64,000 nt of DNA from Pecten maximus (lineage: Eukaryota): NCBI RefSeq assembly GCF_902652985.1, contig NC_047022.1, positions 13,702,001-13,766,000 on the forward strand, written 5' to 3'. Within the stretch, counting starts at the first letter, position 1. The number at the start of each line of letters is the position of its first letter. This document shows, piece by piece, positions 24,101 through 37,600 of this stretch. The translations under genes were made by a program, and so were the position numbers. Under the pieces are notes generated by a model. That model ran no database searches, had not been told where the DNA came from, and saw nothing but the letters and a program-made list of their open reading frames with translations.

Positions 24101-27100
24101 CGTCTTTGCTGGATTCGTCTACTGATTTCCTTTGATTTGACAGGAAACACATCACTACATGATGCAGTACTCGGCGAAATATTATCAACAGCAGTTGAAT
24201 TCTGTAATGTTGGAGATTTGAACATACGATCATATGGCGGTATCTGTCTGTTAGATGGAGGTGGGGAGCTGGACATTATTGTTGAAGAATTTAACTGCGG
24301 TTTCACTACTACAGGTGGCATAAATCTAGGCTTGGACTTTGCAGTTGCCGGTTTGGTGCCTGGAGCTGGAGTACACATTCGAACGCTTGGAGTAATAACA
24401 GTTCTTGAAAATGAATCCTTAGCCTTCAAGCTTGGCGGTACGTTTTGTTTTCGAGCGACCAAATGTGACGCCGTCTTCGATGTTTTCTTGCCATCAAATT
24501 GCTGAATTAATGATAAGAATAAATCTTCATCACTTATCATTTGTCCGCGCTAATAAATTGAGAGTGCAATAAAATATATTCAACATTTGAAGCAAAATAT
24601 GTGTCCGTATTTTACAATATATGTGTAACACAATGTTAAATTATATCAGCTGAGTCAGGCTACACTTGAACAATTAAATGCATTTTTCGCCTATACAGTT
24701 TTAGTGAAAATTGGAAAAAAGTACTTTGATGACGTTTGTTTTATAAAATATTGTGTTTTTGTCTGTTGAACATGACCCAAGGAAAAAATGTGCGGAGGAG
24801 ATTCAGAAAGTATGTATGTGAACATTTTTATATTGTTTTATCAGCTACATAGTGAAATATTGTAACCAACCTGAGTGTTCAGTCCAGCTTTACTGAGGGA
24901 GGATATTTTGTAAACTTGTAGAGATGGTCCTGCTTCGCTAGAAACTTCAAGTCTGTTGATGTGGGCTCTCGAAGATCCTTCCTCAACACAACTGCTTGAC
25001 TGTACACAACCATTGGTCCTTTTATTGAAACACGTACTTGATTGTACCAGATGTGTAGGGCCAGCAGCACGTCCATCTACGCGGATACTTGGTTGCATTG
25101 AAGCACTCATCTCCTGTGTACCAGGTGGCATCGGAGCAGGCTGATCCACGACATGAGCATTTGGTTGCACTGGGGAAGGTCTTGCCTTGATACCGGTAAT
25201 TGGCGGTGCCTGGTCCAATTGCGTTACCAGACAAGTGTTTGACTCCTGAAGAGAATCAGGTGGATTGAAATTTGACTTTTCTTGTGACAGAGAACCTTCA
25301 GAAGAGTTCGTCAATACATTACTAGTATGTTCATGTCTCGGCCTCGATAACGTACTGTTTTTGTCTATCGAGCCATTCTTGTTGAAACTCTTTCTCGTTA
25401 GCGACATCACCTCGCTGTTTTGTGGTATATTTTCTCTTAAAGAAACATCGTTTGTATAACCTAACAGTAAACTTTGTGAGCATGATTTTGTAGTAAGACG
25501 GGATGATTCAGATGACTGTGTGTCATGCATTCGTGTTTCCTTTCCCTCTGGATGGAGTAACGGTTATTTGGCTCGACCCGGTCATTTGACTTTCCAGATG
25601 TTGAGATTTCTCTGGCAAGCTTCCGGTTGTTATCGGATATTCAAGATCATTATTTGGATGTTCCATATCTTTTAACTTCGAGCTAAGCGTCTTTTGCCTT
25701 TGGACCAGTTGGATCAGTTGTCTCTGACGTTTCCCGAGTTGTTCAATTTCGCTTTTATATCGCAGTCTGTCTTGTTTTGTTTTAGATCTTGCCCGTACAT
25801 CAGCAGTCAGACGATGTCTCTCAGACTTTTGCTGGTCGCTAAGTTTTCGCAACAGCGACTGAAGTGTTTCCAGGTGTTGTTTTAATTTATCAACGTCTAG
25901 AAGAAGAATTCAAATTAAGCTGTATTTTAACGCTGCTCTATATATATAAATAGAAAATATTGATTTTATTGGTCTTATTACTCATCTTTAACATTGTTGA
26001 AATGCTTTGAATTAACACAGTTAGATTATCATTATTATCAGCTTTGAATAAGATCGTGATACGTACCCCGAAGGTATGATTTCCGCAGTTGCTTGTCGAC
26101 ATAATCTTGCTGTTTGACGATCTTTCTGAATATTGTCTCTTCTCGCTCGTGCTATCAATAAAATAGTAATTAAATCAGACGTATTGTTAGCATATCGCGA
26201 AGAAATAATTGACATTTTAAGTCATAGTGACAGCACTGAAGGACTTTATATGCGAAACTTGAATCATGGAGATAGCAAAATGAATGATGGCAGAAGAAAA
26301 GAACCAAGGAAAACCCCGGCGGGAGGACAAATGTAGAAATCTTTTTACATAAAAGATTAATTCTATATATACGTAAGTTATTAGTCCCCTATCGGTGAAA
26401 CCGGGGATACCATAGGTCCCCTCCGTCCGTCTTGTACGTACGCATGTACGTAACGCCAAAGATCATCAGAACTCTAGCGTCTTCATTCCTCAAAGTATTT
26501 TGATCAAACTTCACACAATGATAAAAGACCGTAATATCTCAGAACCGTTCTAAGTTCAGTTTTTTGGGTCAAGGTCACTGCTAATGTTTTAGTCGTGGCC
26601 GCAGGTAGGGAAATGTATTGCTTAAGATTGCTTATTGCTTATAGAAATAGCTGTTTATATCGATAATTCACTGATGACACAGATACCGTTATTTCCGTAA
26701 ATAACATAATTTCTCTTAACACTAAAATAGCCAAGTAGTTGTACCAATTATAATGGACCCTAGCAAACTGGTGATAAGTTGTTTACGAGCTAGGAAATCC
26801 ATTATCTGTGTAATTGATTCAATTTCACTTATTTCCTTATTGTAAAGTATCGATAGAGTTTTGTGACCCGCTTTGAGACATGTATGAACTTCAAATTATT
26901 GTTTTGTCTGCCTACCTCGGTCGCTATTGGACTGGTTTCGTGTGTTGATAAACTTGACTGACTTGCATTTTCCTTTTGGGATGTAAATGTCCGTTTCTTC
27001 TGTTCGCCATCTGAAAAAAAGCAGATATAGTATTTAAATCTCGTGTGAATTGTAAACAAGACACATCTGTTTTTATGTTATTGTATAGACGTGGCGAAAG

Positions 27101-30100
27101 TGACTAGAAGAGAACCATCAGCATAAAAAGTAACTGGAGTGTATATGTAGCATACGGTTTGTTCTCATGACAAGGGGTGTACAATGAATGTAATAACTAG
27201 GAAAATGGCGTATCTAAAGGTATGTTAATGTGTAACTGATCTCAACAACAATATGATAAGGAATTATCATCATGCACAATGTAATAACTTGCAGGCCAAA
27301 TATCGATGATCGTACAAGTATGTATACCGTTACATTATAACCGTTGTTTCTTATTGTCTCATCAAGATCTTTTGTATATCTTCATTGGTCATTTTATCAA
27401 CTTAAAGGAAATTAAAGGCATTCTATGATCATAGTCATGAAAATAAAGTTACCAAATTAAAATTAGTTACTAAATTATCTTCAATTAATATGTAAACCCA
27501 GTTACTATTCTATAGAACTAACGTTAAACAGGCGCAATAGTCATAATGCTGATAGAGCATTTTGTCCCTATCATTTAGCATATTTATAACTGCATTTGTA
27601 AGAATGGATTAAGGTACCAGACATTATTTATCACAATTCTAGTCCTTTCCGCGACACAGTTATACTCGGCATTTCCTTTCTTAAGGACTATGTACTGTTT
27701 CATTTGAGAATCGGCCGTTGTAGGTTTTGATTCCAGAAAATCTCGTTTTGAAGATGTTGTTGGTAAACATATTCTTATCCTTACAATACTAACAACATTA
27801 ATTAATAATTGGGTCAGGGCCTTAATTGCCATGCTATCAAATGACCAGAAATAGTTATTTTAACCAGGGCTGAGCCATTATATCAAATATAAATAAGTTT
27901 CACGTGTTTCATACTGTTTTCGTTCTTGTCATGCATTATTATTATAATACGTTACTGATAACAGACAAAAGGCGATCACTGTGATATAAGAGACCGTTAC
28001 CGAAGGTGAGACATTTTATGTTTGACCAAGAGTAGTGATAACAAGAATTCCCCGGAAGTGGATGTGTCGCCTTCACAGCAAGCTAGAATTTGAATTAAAA
28101 AAACAGCTTGGATATTCATTGCATCTATTCCAAGTATAATTTATATGATTATCATTTGCCGGATGGATTTCCCATACAATGAATGAACACGGCGATACAA
28201 AAATTGGAAATATATAGATCCATCAGTTTTAAGTAAAACTTTCCGATCAGTACAAATATTTGCAGAATTTGAAAAAAATCAAACTGATCTGCTTTGCAAA
28301 TCAAAAAGTTTCATGCAAAATTTAATTGTTTTTCATACAGAAACCAGAAAGCACTATATGAAGTTTTAGGTTGATTGACCCAAAGGGAACTGGACAGATT
28401 TTCTATTTATTAACATTGACCTTTGACCCTTGAACCTAAAAAGCAATCCCAAGCAAGCACTTTTGATAAGGAAGTACTATACAAAATTTGAGTTTAATTG
28501 GTCCAAGGGAACTCGAGTTATCAAATGGAAACAAAGTTTTTATTAATAGCAACAGTGACCTTGACCTTTGAACATCGAAACTTAAAGCAATCCAAAGCAA
28601 GCACTTCCTATAAAAAAGCAATGCATCAAGTTTGAGTTTGATTGGCCCAAGGGATCTCAAGTTATCGCAAGCAAACCTATTTTCTATTTGTGGTATGAAG
28701 GACCTTTGACCTTTGAGCCTGAAAAACAATCCTAAGCAAGCACTTTAAGTAAGGAAGCACAGAGTGAAGTTTGAGGTTGATTGGCCTAAGGGAACTCGAG
28801 TTATTACATAGAAACCAATTTTCTTTTAATACTAACAATGACCTTGACCTTTGACCTTTAAACCTTAAAAGCAATGCCAAGCAAGCACCTTTTGTAAGGA
28901 AGCACAGTATGAAGTTTGAGTATGATTGGGCAAAGGGAACTCCAGTTATTGCAGGGAAACCAATTTTTTTTCTATTAATAGTAACAGTGATCTTGACCTT
29001 TGACTTTTGAACCTGAAAAGCAATCCCAATCAAGCACTTTTGGTATGGAAGCACTGTATGAAGTTTGAGTTTGATTGGCCAAAGGGAATTCAAGTTATTA
29101 CACGGATCCCAATTTTCTATTAATAGTAACAGTGACCGTGACCTATGACCTTTGAACCTGAAAAGCAATCCCAGGCAAGCAATTTTAGTAAGGAAGCACA
29201 GTATGAAGTTTGAGTTTGATTGGCCAAAGGGAACTCAAGTTATTGCACGGAAACCATTGTGCGGACGACGCCGCCGACGCCGACATAGTAATATCTATAT
29301 GTCACCTTTTCAAGGCGACACAAAAAAAACACGTTTAATCATCGACTAGTATATATTGCGTAAAAATATCGAAACGTTATCTGGATCATGAAGTTGAACT
29401 TTACCTGCAACAGCCTCAGTGTTGATACGCTTGGATTTCCGAGGTGACTCCCCAGACAAATGCTCTTGATCTGCATCGAGTATCCTGCATTTTTCTTTGA
29501 CCCTCCTCGCTAAGCTACCGGTTTGTCCTTGGTGAAACACACTTACCTGATAACCGTCAATATTTCCAGAATTCCGAATACTTCTTGTGGATGTCCGTTC
29601 CCTCTGAACTGCGGAACTCTGATCACTACTAATTACACGTTTCTTTTTTTCCTGGACGACCCCGGAACTCCGAGTGCTACTTGCGGGTGTCCCTTTTACT
29701 TTGACTCCGGAACTTTGAGTACTACTTGCGGATGTCCCTTTTCCCTTGACTCCGGAACTCTGGGTACTACTTGGGGATGCCCCTTTTCCCTTGACTCCGG
29801 AACTCTGGGTACTAATTGGGGATGTCCCTTTTCCCTTGACTCCGAAACTCTGTGTACTAATTGAGGGTGTACTTATTGCATGGTCTCCCGAACTTGCGTT
29901 GGCTACGTTAACAGGTTCGCTATTATTCACTCTTAAGTTCCGAGTGACATCCGACTGGATAACATTGGTCGTTTGACCATCAATTTCTTCCGAGTTTTGA
30001 CCACTACAAAGGTGAAATTCTTTGGTCGGTTGAACATCGGTATCTTCGGAACTCTGACTTATACCTGGATGAAAATCCTTGTCTCCAGAAGTAATTCCAA

Positions 30101-32835
30101 GGTCCTCTGTTTGACTACCTGTTGTACCACTTAGGTGACTCTGAGTGTTCGCGTTAGGGGAGTTGTATTGAGTTAGGGATTTAGTGGAACCTGTGGAATG
30201 GTGATACTCTGCTTTTACATACTGCATGGGTAATATTTCACTCTGTGTACAGGAACTCTGGGTGTCATCGAAAAGTAGTTGGGACATTTGGCTCTCCGAT
30301 ATATTTCTCGAATCAATATGTTGTGCACAGTTCAATCCTGTATGTCCAAGTAATGACTCTGAAATAACAGAATCTCGGTCGGAGTTTTCAACATCTGAAA
30401 GGTCAGTGGCCTCCTTTACCTGTTAGATGATATGGGAGTATATACAAGTTGGTAAAACAAAAATAGACATGTGGCTACTACAACGAGGCAAGAAACTTGA
30501 ATTTGCCTAGCAATGTAAACGTGACGGAATCCGTCATCTGGTTAAACTAAATCTTACTGCTGCCCGTAGTTGAGCGTCGTAATCGCTAGTGTCCTGTACA
30601 TGTATGTATGCTCAGACAGATAAAATGATAATATCGTCAATGATGCTTCCTGTACGAACCATCTTACCTTGTAACGCCATATTGGAGATTGGACGGGCAA
30701 AACTGGCGATAACGTTTTATCTGCAACAGCAGGAAAGAAAACAACCGACATTACTCGGAATATTTCTTTAGTACGAAAGCCGGTTGGGACCATTTTCGTA
30801 GAATGGTCCCAACCGGCTTTCGTACTTTAGGTTGTCAAAATACTTGAAATAAATAAATCTAATATAAAGTACCAGGAAAAGTCTTGCACTTCAAAATCAT
30901 TAAATTATTCATACGTGTAATAAGATGGTTTGTGGTTTATAGAGTGAGGCACAGGGACTTGGCACAATTTCTCCACCCATGGTTCATATTATATATTGAC
31001 ATAGTGCAAAATACTATTATCCGAACACTTGCGTCAAATAGCAGTTCAGGCCCATCCTTAAACCAAAAATTGTAGGCTCGAGCACGACATACTATGAACA
31101 ATTCCTCATCGTAGATCAAACCGTCCAGAGAAAAAATCAAACCTACGTCATGACCAAGCCTTATTAGTACGACCATTTTTACAAGATTCAAGATTTTTAT
31201 TACTCTCTGACACGCTTGAGAGTGTGTAACAAGAGGTCAAACAAGTATACAACAATGTTACAATTATAATATGATAATGTGAGCAGAGCCTATGTTTGGA
31301 CATAATTGACAGGCCGTTTGTTTCTCTCAATTATCCCCGAGATTCAAGAATTGTGAAAACCTTCATATATAAATAGGAATGTTCCTTAATCCTACATAAG
31401 TAGAAAAGTACTATTTATGAATTAGACATGATAATGTTTCATGACCAAAATATGCATGAAAGTGGTATGTTTGTCAGAGCTTGATAGCTCACATTTAGCG
31501 CGGCCATACTTTTGGAATATTGAAAATAATGTGATTTGGTTCTGTGGTGCAGCTGAAAGCAACTCGCTAGCAACAGTGTGCCGAGCTAGGAATGTCAAGT
31601 GTTGTAACCTCCGGTGATGGATCGCTTGTATTGTTAGATAAAAGGAGCAATATATCTCTGGACATTAGAAGAATTGGTAGAGTCAAACTATTACAGTGTG
31701 TTGAAATACGGTCAGATTACCAAACTTTCATTTTCAGTGTCAATGAACACGTATTATATAATCGATTCTATGGCTATCTTACCTGTGACATCTACCTGCT
31801 GGATCCTGCTATTTTCCAGCCTAAAATAACAATACATTCGTGTAATTTTTCATTAAACACCATTTAGTAACAAGCAGTACTTAATCACCTATACAGATAG
31901 TGATTGTAGATTTGAGACTGTACCCTGAATCGTAATGATCGTAACGTATTTCATCACTACGTACTTTGAAAAAAGTCGGTTTGAAAATATGGCGGGAAAT
32001 ATTGTTAGATCAACGTTCTGTGACTTTCAACTAATAGTTTAAATTGCCACTACGTTTAGTGCGGGATGGTTAAGCCATATTGAAACATCCCTCTAACAAA
32101 ACTGGAAAATGTGAGCGAATCAAGTGTGACACCGACACAGAGCACATGCAAAATATTGTTTACGTGTACGGATCTGAAAAAAAACAAATCTCTATTCTTC
32201 CATTTAAAATAGTTCGCTAGGGAAGAGGCCAAGCGATCTCTTATTTATTTCTTTTTTTTTTCTTCCTTCTTAATTTGAACAAGCAGAATGAGTATTGCTA
32301 CAAAGCAATACAAGTCCCCTAATGACCACACAAGTTATGTGTTTATTAGCTACCTTTTTCTATATTGGATGTAATTATCTGTCATTTAAACCGTAAGGTT
32401 TAAGGTAATAAATGCATTGAATTGAATTGAATGGCCTATACGTTCAAACGGTTAGTACTCTGTCAATATGTCAGTATCTATCAGTACTTTGGCATATAAA
32501 TAGCACAGTATCATAATTCGATAAAACACAGTTCAGCCAATTATCTATTGACATGTCGGACGGAAAATAATATATGTGAACAATTAAGGAAAGTAGGACG
32601 ATAGTGTGAATATACGACTAATACTTACATCTGTAGGCCGAATAGAAAGCGATCGTCATTGTCTTCACTGTTCCGTGTTGTGTTGGTTACTATGGATTCC
32701 TCGTCATCGCATACTTCCGTCACCTTGGAGACGGTATCGTCAGACTCGTCACACACTTTCGTAGCCATAGAAACAGCGTCGTCACACACCTCCGAAACCA
32801 TGGATACGGCGTCGTCACGTACATCCATCATCTCT
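21148..32835 (-). CDS. ANKRD31-like: ANKRD31-like gene (coiled coil, RAMA-like domain, C-terminal REC114-binding-like motif). Approximate exons: 32835-32629, 31820-~31790, 30419-29405, 27010-26916, 26151-26067, 25896-24871 (frameshift ~25530-25560), 24549-23977, ~23850-23744, 23158-23021, 22367-22307, 22044-22019, 21358-21148
   Basis: Spliced translation gives QQKSERHRL...EQLGKRQRQLIQLVQRQKTLSSKLK; RAMA-like LGTLIDRGVLIP...GSLMESGLIRGPGGEVFKTPVQW...AYREVFYQGKPLLSFV; and terminal TVRIISDNEIVPSSDLPENFW. Most junction phases match; two or three are unresolved. No ankyrin exons seen. Confidence 0.65.
26379..26640 (+). mobile_element. Non-autonomous Helentron/HINE-like element remnant
   Basis: ttattagtcccct...accgggg inverted-repeat start, (cgtc/cgta) microsatellite, 'tcaaacttcacaca' and 'tcaaggtca' core, tattgct hairpin-like end. 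A related end fragment lies at ~32278-32320. Confidence 0.5.
28040..29329 (-). mobile_element. Non-autonomous Helentron (HINE/DINE-1-type) element with internal ~145-bp tandem array
   Basis: Subterminal inverted repeats tgtgtcgcctt (28063-28073) and aaggcgacaca (29312-29322); nearby IR tgtcacctt (29300-29308); GC-rich microsatellite 29262-29284; ~6.5 copies of a ~140-149-bp unit (28340-29250); A-run at the end. Confidence 0.8.
29590..29870 (-). repeat. Coding 42-bp tandem repeat (STQSSGVKGKGxSx, ~5-6 copies) in the ANKRD31-like exon
   Basis: Repeated 'cccttgactccggaactc' every 42 bp; 14-aa repeat in ORF 29346-30335. Confidence 0.85.
30770..30826. repeat. Perfect 25-bp inverted repeat (hairpin)
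   Basis: agtacgaaagccggttgggaccatt ... aatggtcccaaccggctttcgtact with a 7-nt spacer. Confidence 0.9.
31965..32000. promoter_or_regulatory. Candidate CHR (TTTGAA x2) + E2F-like (TGGCGGGAAA) element cluster
   Basis: gtactttgaaaaaagtcggtttgaaaatatggcgggaaat; motif match only. Confidence 0.3.
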
Positions 32836-33143
32836 GTAGTATAGGACAGACATTTATTTAGTTATAGAAGTGTCGGCGAATGTGACGATGAAATTGATAG
32901 ATTATTTCATACGACATAAACAGATCAGAATGTACGCTCCCGTCAAAGCTCATCATTGACATTAGCAAATAAAAGTAAAAGCAAATATCTGAAAATCATC
33001 ACTCCCCAGTCTTTCTCAGGTTTCCATGCACAAGCCACAACACTAATATACGGGCAAAGTAATCATGAGCTAACTTGATTGTCCGAACGGGATGATCTGT
33101 GTAAATAAGAAACTCGACGCAGTACAAATTCAAACAACTTTTA

Positions 33144-34640
33144 ATCAATTCAATTCAATTCATTTTGTTTATTCAGTAAGCCTTACGGCTTATGAGATTC
33201 ATGACATATAACATGATAATAATAGTACACAATTGATGCAGCAATTAACAGGAGAGTGACAAATATATATAAACGCACCACTACAAGAATACCTACACAG
33301 TTACTCACACATGATCACATCCTCACGGGTACGCATGCGCACGCATACTCGCCCACGTACACCAATACACATACAATATACCAAACAGTACTTGTAGTGA
33401 ATGCACACGAGAGTAACATGGCTATACATTGTCCTAATATTAAAGATACTAAGATGTACATAGATATTATTTTTCAAGATTTCCATTTATAAATTTACCT
33501 AAATTATGATGCATCAGAGCGTTGCTTAAATGCAAAATGTATAAATTTCCCCAGATTATTCAACTCTTTGACATATTTACGCTAAGTAGTTGAACAAGTT
33601 TGAATACACTAGGTTTACGAAAATAGTATGGCTTCAAGTATTTAGCACGTAGATTTGAATAAAAAGGACATTTCAGAATAAAATGAAACTCGTCCTCAAT
33701 ATCACGGTTATTACATACCGTACACAATCTATCTGATCTAGCGATATTAGTATATCTTCCACTTTCTATATTAAGCTGATGTGAGGACAATCGTATTCTT
33801 GAAATACTTTTCTTATATAATTTATCAATAGGTTTTCTTAAATAAAATTGCAGACCGTCATTATCTATCAAATGTTGATACAAAACACCTTTCGGAGAGT
33901 TTCTAATATTTGACAACATTTCATGTGTATGAATTTCATGGAATTTGTTTTCAATCAATTTATACATTGTTTTCCCTTCGTATTTACTGTTCCATAGTTA
34001 TCCCAACCCTAACTTATCCAATTCTAATCTGATATTTACAGTCCATTCATCATTATCTAACAACCTTTGCTCATAGCATGCTTTCACCACACAATTATCT
34101 GTATCTTTAACTTTGATCCAATATTTCAATATTTTTAATTTTCTAACAATATACATTGGCAGTCTACCTAATTCAAAATAAACTAGGTCATTACATGTAT
34201 TTTTGGCAACACCTAAGACATATTTACAGAAGCGTGTATGCACTCTCTCAACATCTACAGCTCTGTGAAAACCCCATATTTCACTTGCATACCCTAATAC
34301 ACTACTTACATATGTGTCAAAAACTGAACATAAAGTTCAACATTAAAGTTATGATTTTTCATCTTATTTAATAATGTAAAATATGATTTTCTTCCCTTTT
34401 CTGCCGCATGTTGCTGTGTTTTGTTGAATTTGCCGTTAAAATTAAAAAGCATACCCAAATAATTAAACTCATTTACATCTTCAATTTCAATGTTATTATA
34501 AAACCATTTTTCATCTTCTCTTACCCGTCCACCATTCCTAAAAATCAATATTTTCGTTTTATTTACATTAAGTGTAAGTTTCCATTTATTGTTGTACAGG
34601 AGCAGTGTATCTACTGCCTGGCCTGTATTAGTCAAGGATG
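33144..34640 (-). mobile_element. 5'-truncated, frameshifted non-LTR retrotransposon (RT C-terminal half; RTE-X/CR1-like)
   Basis: ORF fragments WKLTLNVNKTKILIF...FNYLG, HTRFCKYVLGV...ELGRLP and RLSSHQLNIESGRY...RLCTVC...EDEFHFILKCPFY; 3' (TTGAA)n tail at 33144-33163. Confidence 0.9.
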
Positions 34641-37600
34641 AAGTGGGCTTTTTTTTAGATAAATTACTTTGATAAACTTTTAAAGTCCCGGGAATCTGTG
34701 TTCAAATATACAGAATTTTTCACAATAACCAAAAGATAAGGGGTATTTTACGGGTATTAAAAGGTAAGGTGTAAACGGACTATAAATCAAAGATTGTTTG
34801 TTTTGTGATCAGATACATGCAGTATCCTTGTACATCTCCATATATGAAAATAATACAAAAAGATACCAAATAAAATTTTAATATTTTATTTAATATTTTT
34901 TCATTAGCACATAAATTAGCAAATAAAAAAAAAAAGAAGAGTATTATGACATGATACAATATTCAACAATAATATAAACACTGATTATCACACATGACAA
35001 GAGAGATGCTCATTCACGCTGTAATTAATATTGTTCTTTCAAAAGATGGAAGATTTGATATTATGTATAATCACAGACTTAGATATATATGTATTTCTAA
35101 GACTGTGGTCACGTGGCTGGCATCCCGCGGAGCATCTCTGGGTTTAGTAACTAGATGTAACGACGTGCTGGAAGGCAGTGGTGCGAGTTCTGTTTTAGCC
35201 CTGTATTTGACTTTCTGGAATGAACTATTGCTACCCGATTAGGATGTTAAACAATATTCAATGTAAGCCTGATCATTTGACCCTGCTAGAGCCATCAGGC
35301 GATTCGATACACTCGTAATACGAATCGTGTAACAAATAAAAACATGAATCGAGAAGAAACCTCGATAAACGACAGACTCTTGTCTCCTGTCACCGACATA
35401 GTGTAAAACAGAAATAAACACGCCAATCCCAAGAACTGAATATAGCATTTTAAACTGGATGTAATTCACGTATCTTACCTTTACTATATGATATGGCAGG
35501 GAATTACACTTCAAGGCCACATCCACACCCTCCCGCCGTCTCCAGTTGACATCCGGATGTGACTAATATTCAAAATGTTTGCCGGTGATAACTCTTCGGA
35601 TAATTTTATTTTTGCGAAATAGATCTTGTATCGTAAATCAACAACAACATATTTGAACGCACAGAAACGTTCTGACATTAGAACTCATGTCCTGGTATAT
35701 ATTTGTCGTTATCTTGTTTGAGGGATGGCGAGTAAAATCAAAATAACAATTTGACGTCTGACTTATACGAGTTATCTCCCTTCCTACGACCACCTCTGCT
35801 TGAGATAGGCCTCTAGAGTAGTAATTTCAGGAAACTTAATCATTTAATTAATAGCCGTTTCCGTTAGAAACTAGAATACATTTCTTCCATAAGAAATACT
35901 TATGTCATAATTAGTTTGAACATGTTTTCTACTTTTCATTGGTAAATATTGGACGATGTCTTTCTGATGGTCTGATAAGGCTCTAGCTGTATAGCCATCC
36001 ATTATTTAGACTGTTGGTTGTACCTTATACATGTAATACAATTTGCTGGAATAAGATCTATAGGATTTACATCGGCTGGTTATCCGAATCAAGAATGCCC
36101 GCATTGGTTATACTCTTTTAGAGTCACGTTTTACAGTATACGTTTAAGGAATGTCTATATATATTTCAGCGATGGATGTCTCATTTTACTACCGTAGGCC
36201 TATGATAATATATTGTGTCTTGGTTGGTACGTATCCATTAAAACACTTAATCTTATCATAAACTGGATATTCCAATCCGTAGAATGTCTTTCCTTAATAA
36301 ACTATGCATATGCTGTCCAAGCATGGTTCTTTGATTCATTATAATATACATTTTATATTAGGCCTCATTATCGCTCATAATTTGATCTGCATAAAGATGA
36401 GCTCAGATTTAATCTGCCACCAGATTAAGACTCAACAATATATCTATACCCTAGAAAATTACTAAATAGATGGCTAACGCACGACACGCAGGTAGGTTTT
36501 GAAACGATATGCAGTATCTTATGGATGAATCATGATATTGGATGATAGGTACTTCCCTGGTTACGTTTCTCATATCATTTGAATGTATAATGGTATGTGG
36601 GTTTGTATGTATGCCTAGTTGTTCTGTAATAAATGTTTTACCAGGACGAGATATAGAGGACCGAGTGTACTGGAGTTGGATACTTGGATATACGACATGT
36701 TGATTAAAGGAAACCACCGTACACAACATATTATATCGATCTATTTTATAACTTCTTGTTTCACAAATGGCTATCAATGTCAGACATCGTAGAACATGAA
36801 TATTCCTTAACATGACTTGTCTTCATTGTCGATGTGATAGCTAGACTACTTGAAAGACGTGGACATTCACACCCAAGTTTTTGAAGAAAATATCTTATAC
36901 CGAGGGTCTAAGAATCACATATGGATCACATATATGATATCTTTGAAAGTAACAATAGCTACATACGGGCTAAACAAATAAAACAGGCCTGTAAAACAAG
37001 TCAGTTTTTCATATGTTCGTCACCGCTTTAGTACCAACTTCCGGCGTGTGGGTATACAGTGACTGTAATGGCGTCTCGCGTCCTCGAAATCTTCTTCCGG
37101 TTTATTACATATTTTCATATACCATAAATGTTCATGTTAACAGTAAGACAAATACGCAAATTAAGACTGTTTTTATTATCAATCATATGTAAAAATATAT
37201 CTAGTGATAAATATCATACTTATATATTACATTTTATATTGAGCGTAAAAATCTAGCAGTATGGAGTACAGTGTGAATACATGAGGATCCTGCAGAAAAC
37301 AATATGTCGTTAAAGCTTAACATGTTTTATTGATGATGATAATGATAATGAAGCGATACTAACGATTAAATGTAACTATTTATAGACAGGCATGTCGTGG
37401 AACGCCTCAACTTTCTTCGAAGTCTACACATTTTCTTTTAATGTGTACCACGGATAGTGATCTGTTCATTCCATAACTCTCAGTTGTACATAACAAAGAG
37501 AATTTTACCCACACGAATATGTTATTTTTTTAACAAACCCCATTACTCTTATAATGGCACCAATGGTTGATTTTGAGGTTTCTTTATAGTCTTCCTAGGT

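Noticed and set aside
28436-29349. ORFs in the ~145-bp array
   Set aside because: Non-coding HINE internal repeats.
30884-31330. Possible ankyrin exons of the ANKRD31-like gene
   Set aside because: No TPLH/G-A-D-V-N ankyrin pattern recognised in the frames examined; multiple stops.
35100-36813. Minus-strand ORFs 35239-35526 and 36451-36813
   Set aside because: No recognisable motifs or consistent splice phases linking them to neighbouring genes; left uncalled.
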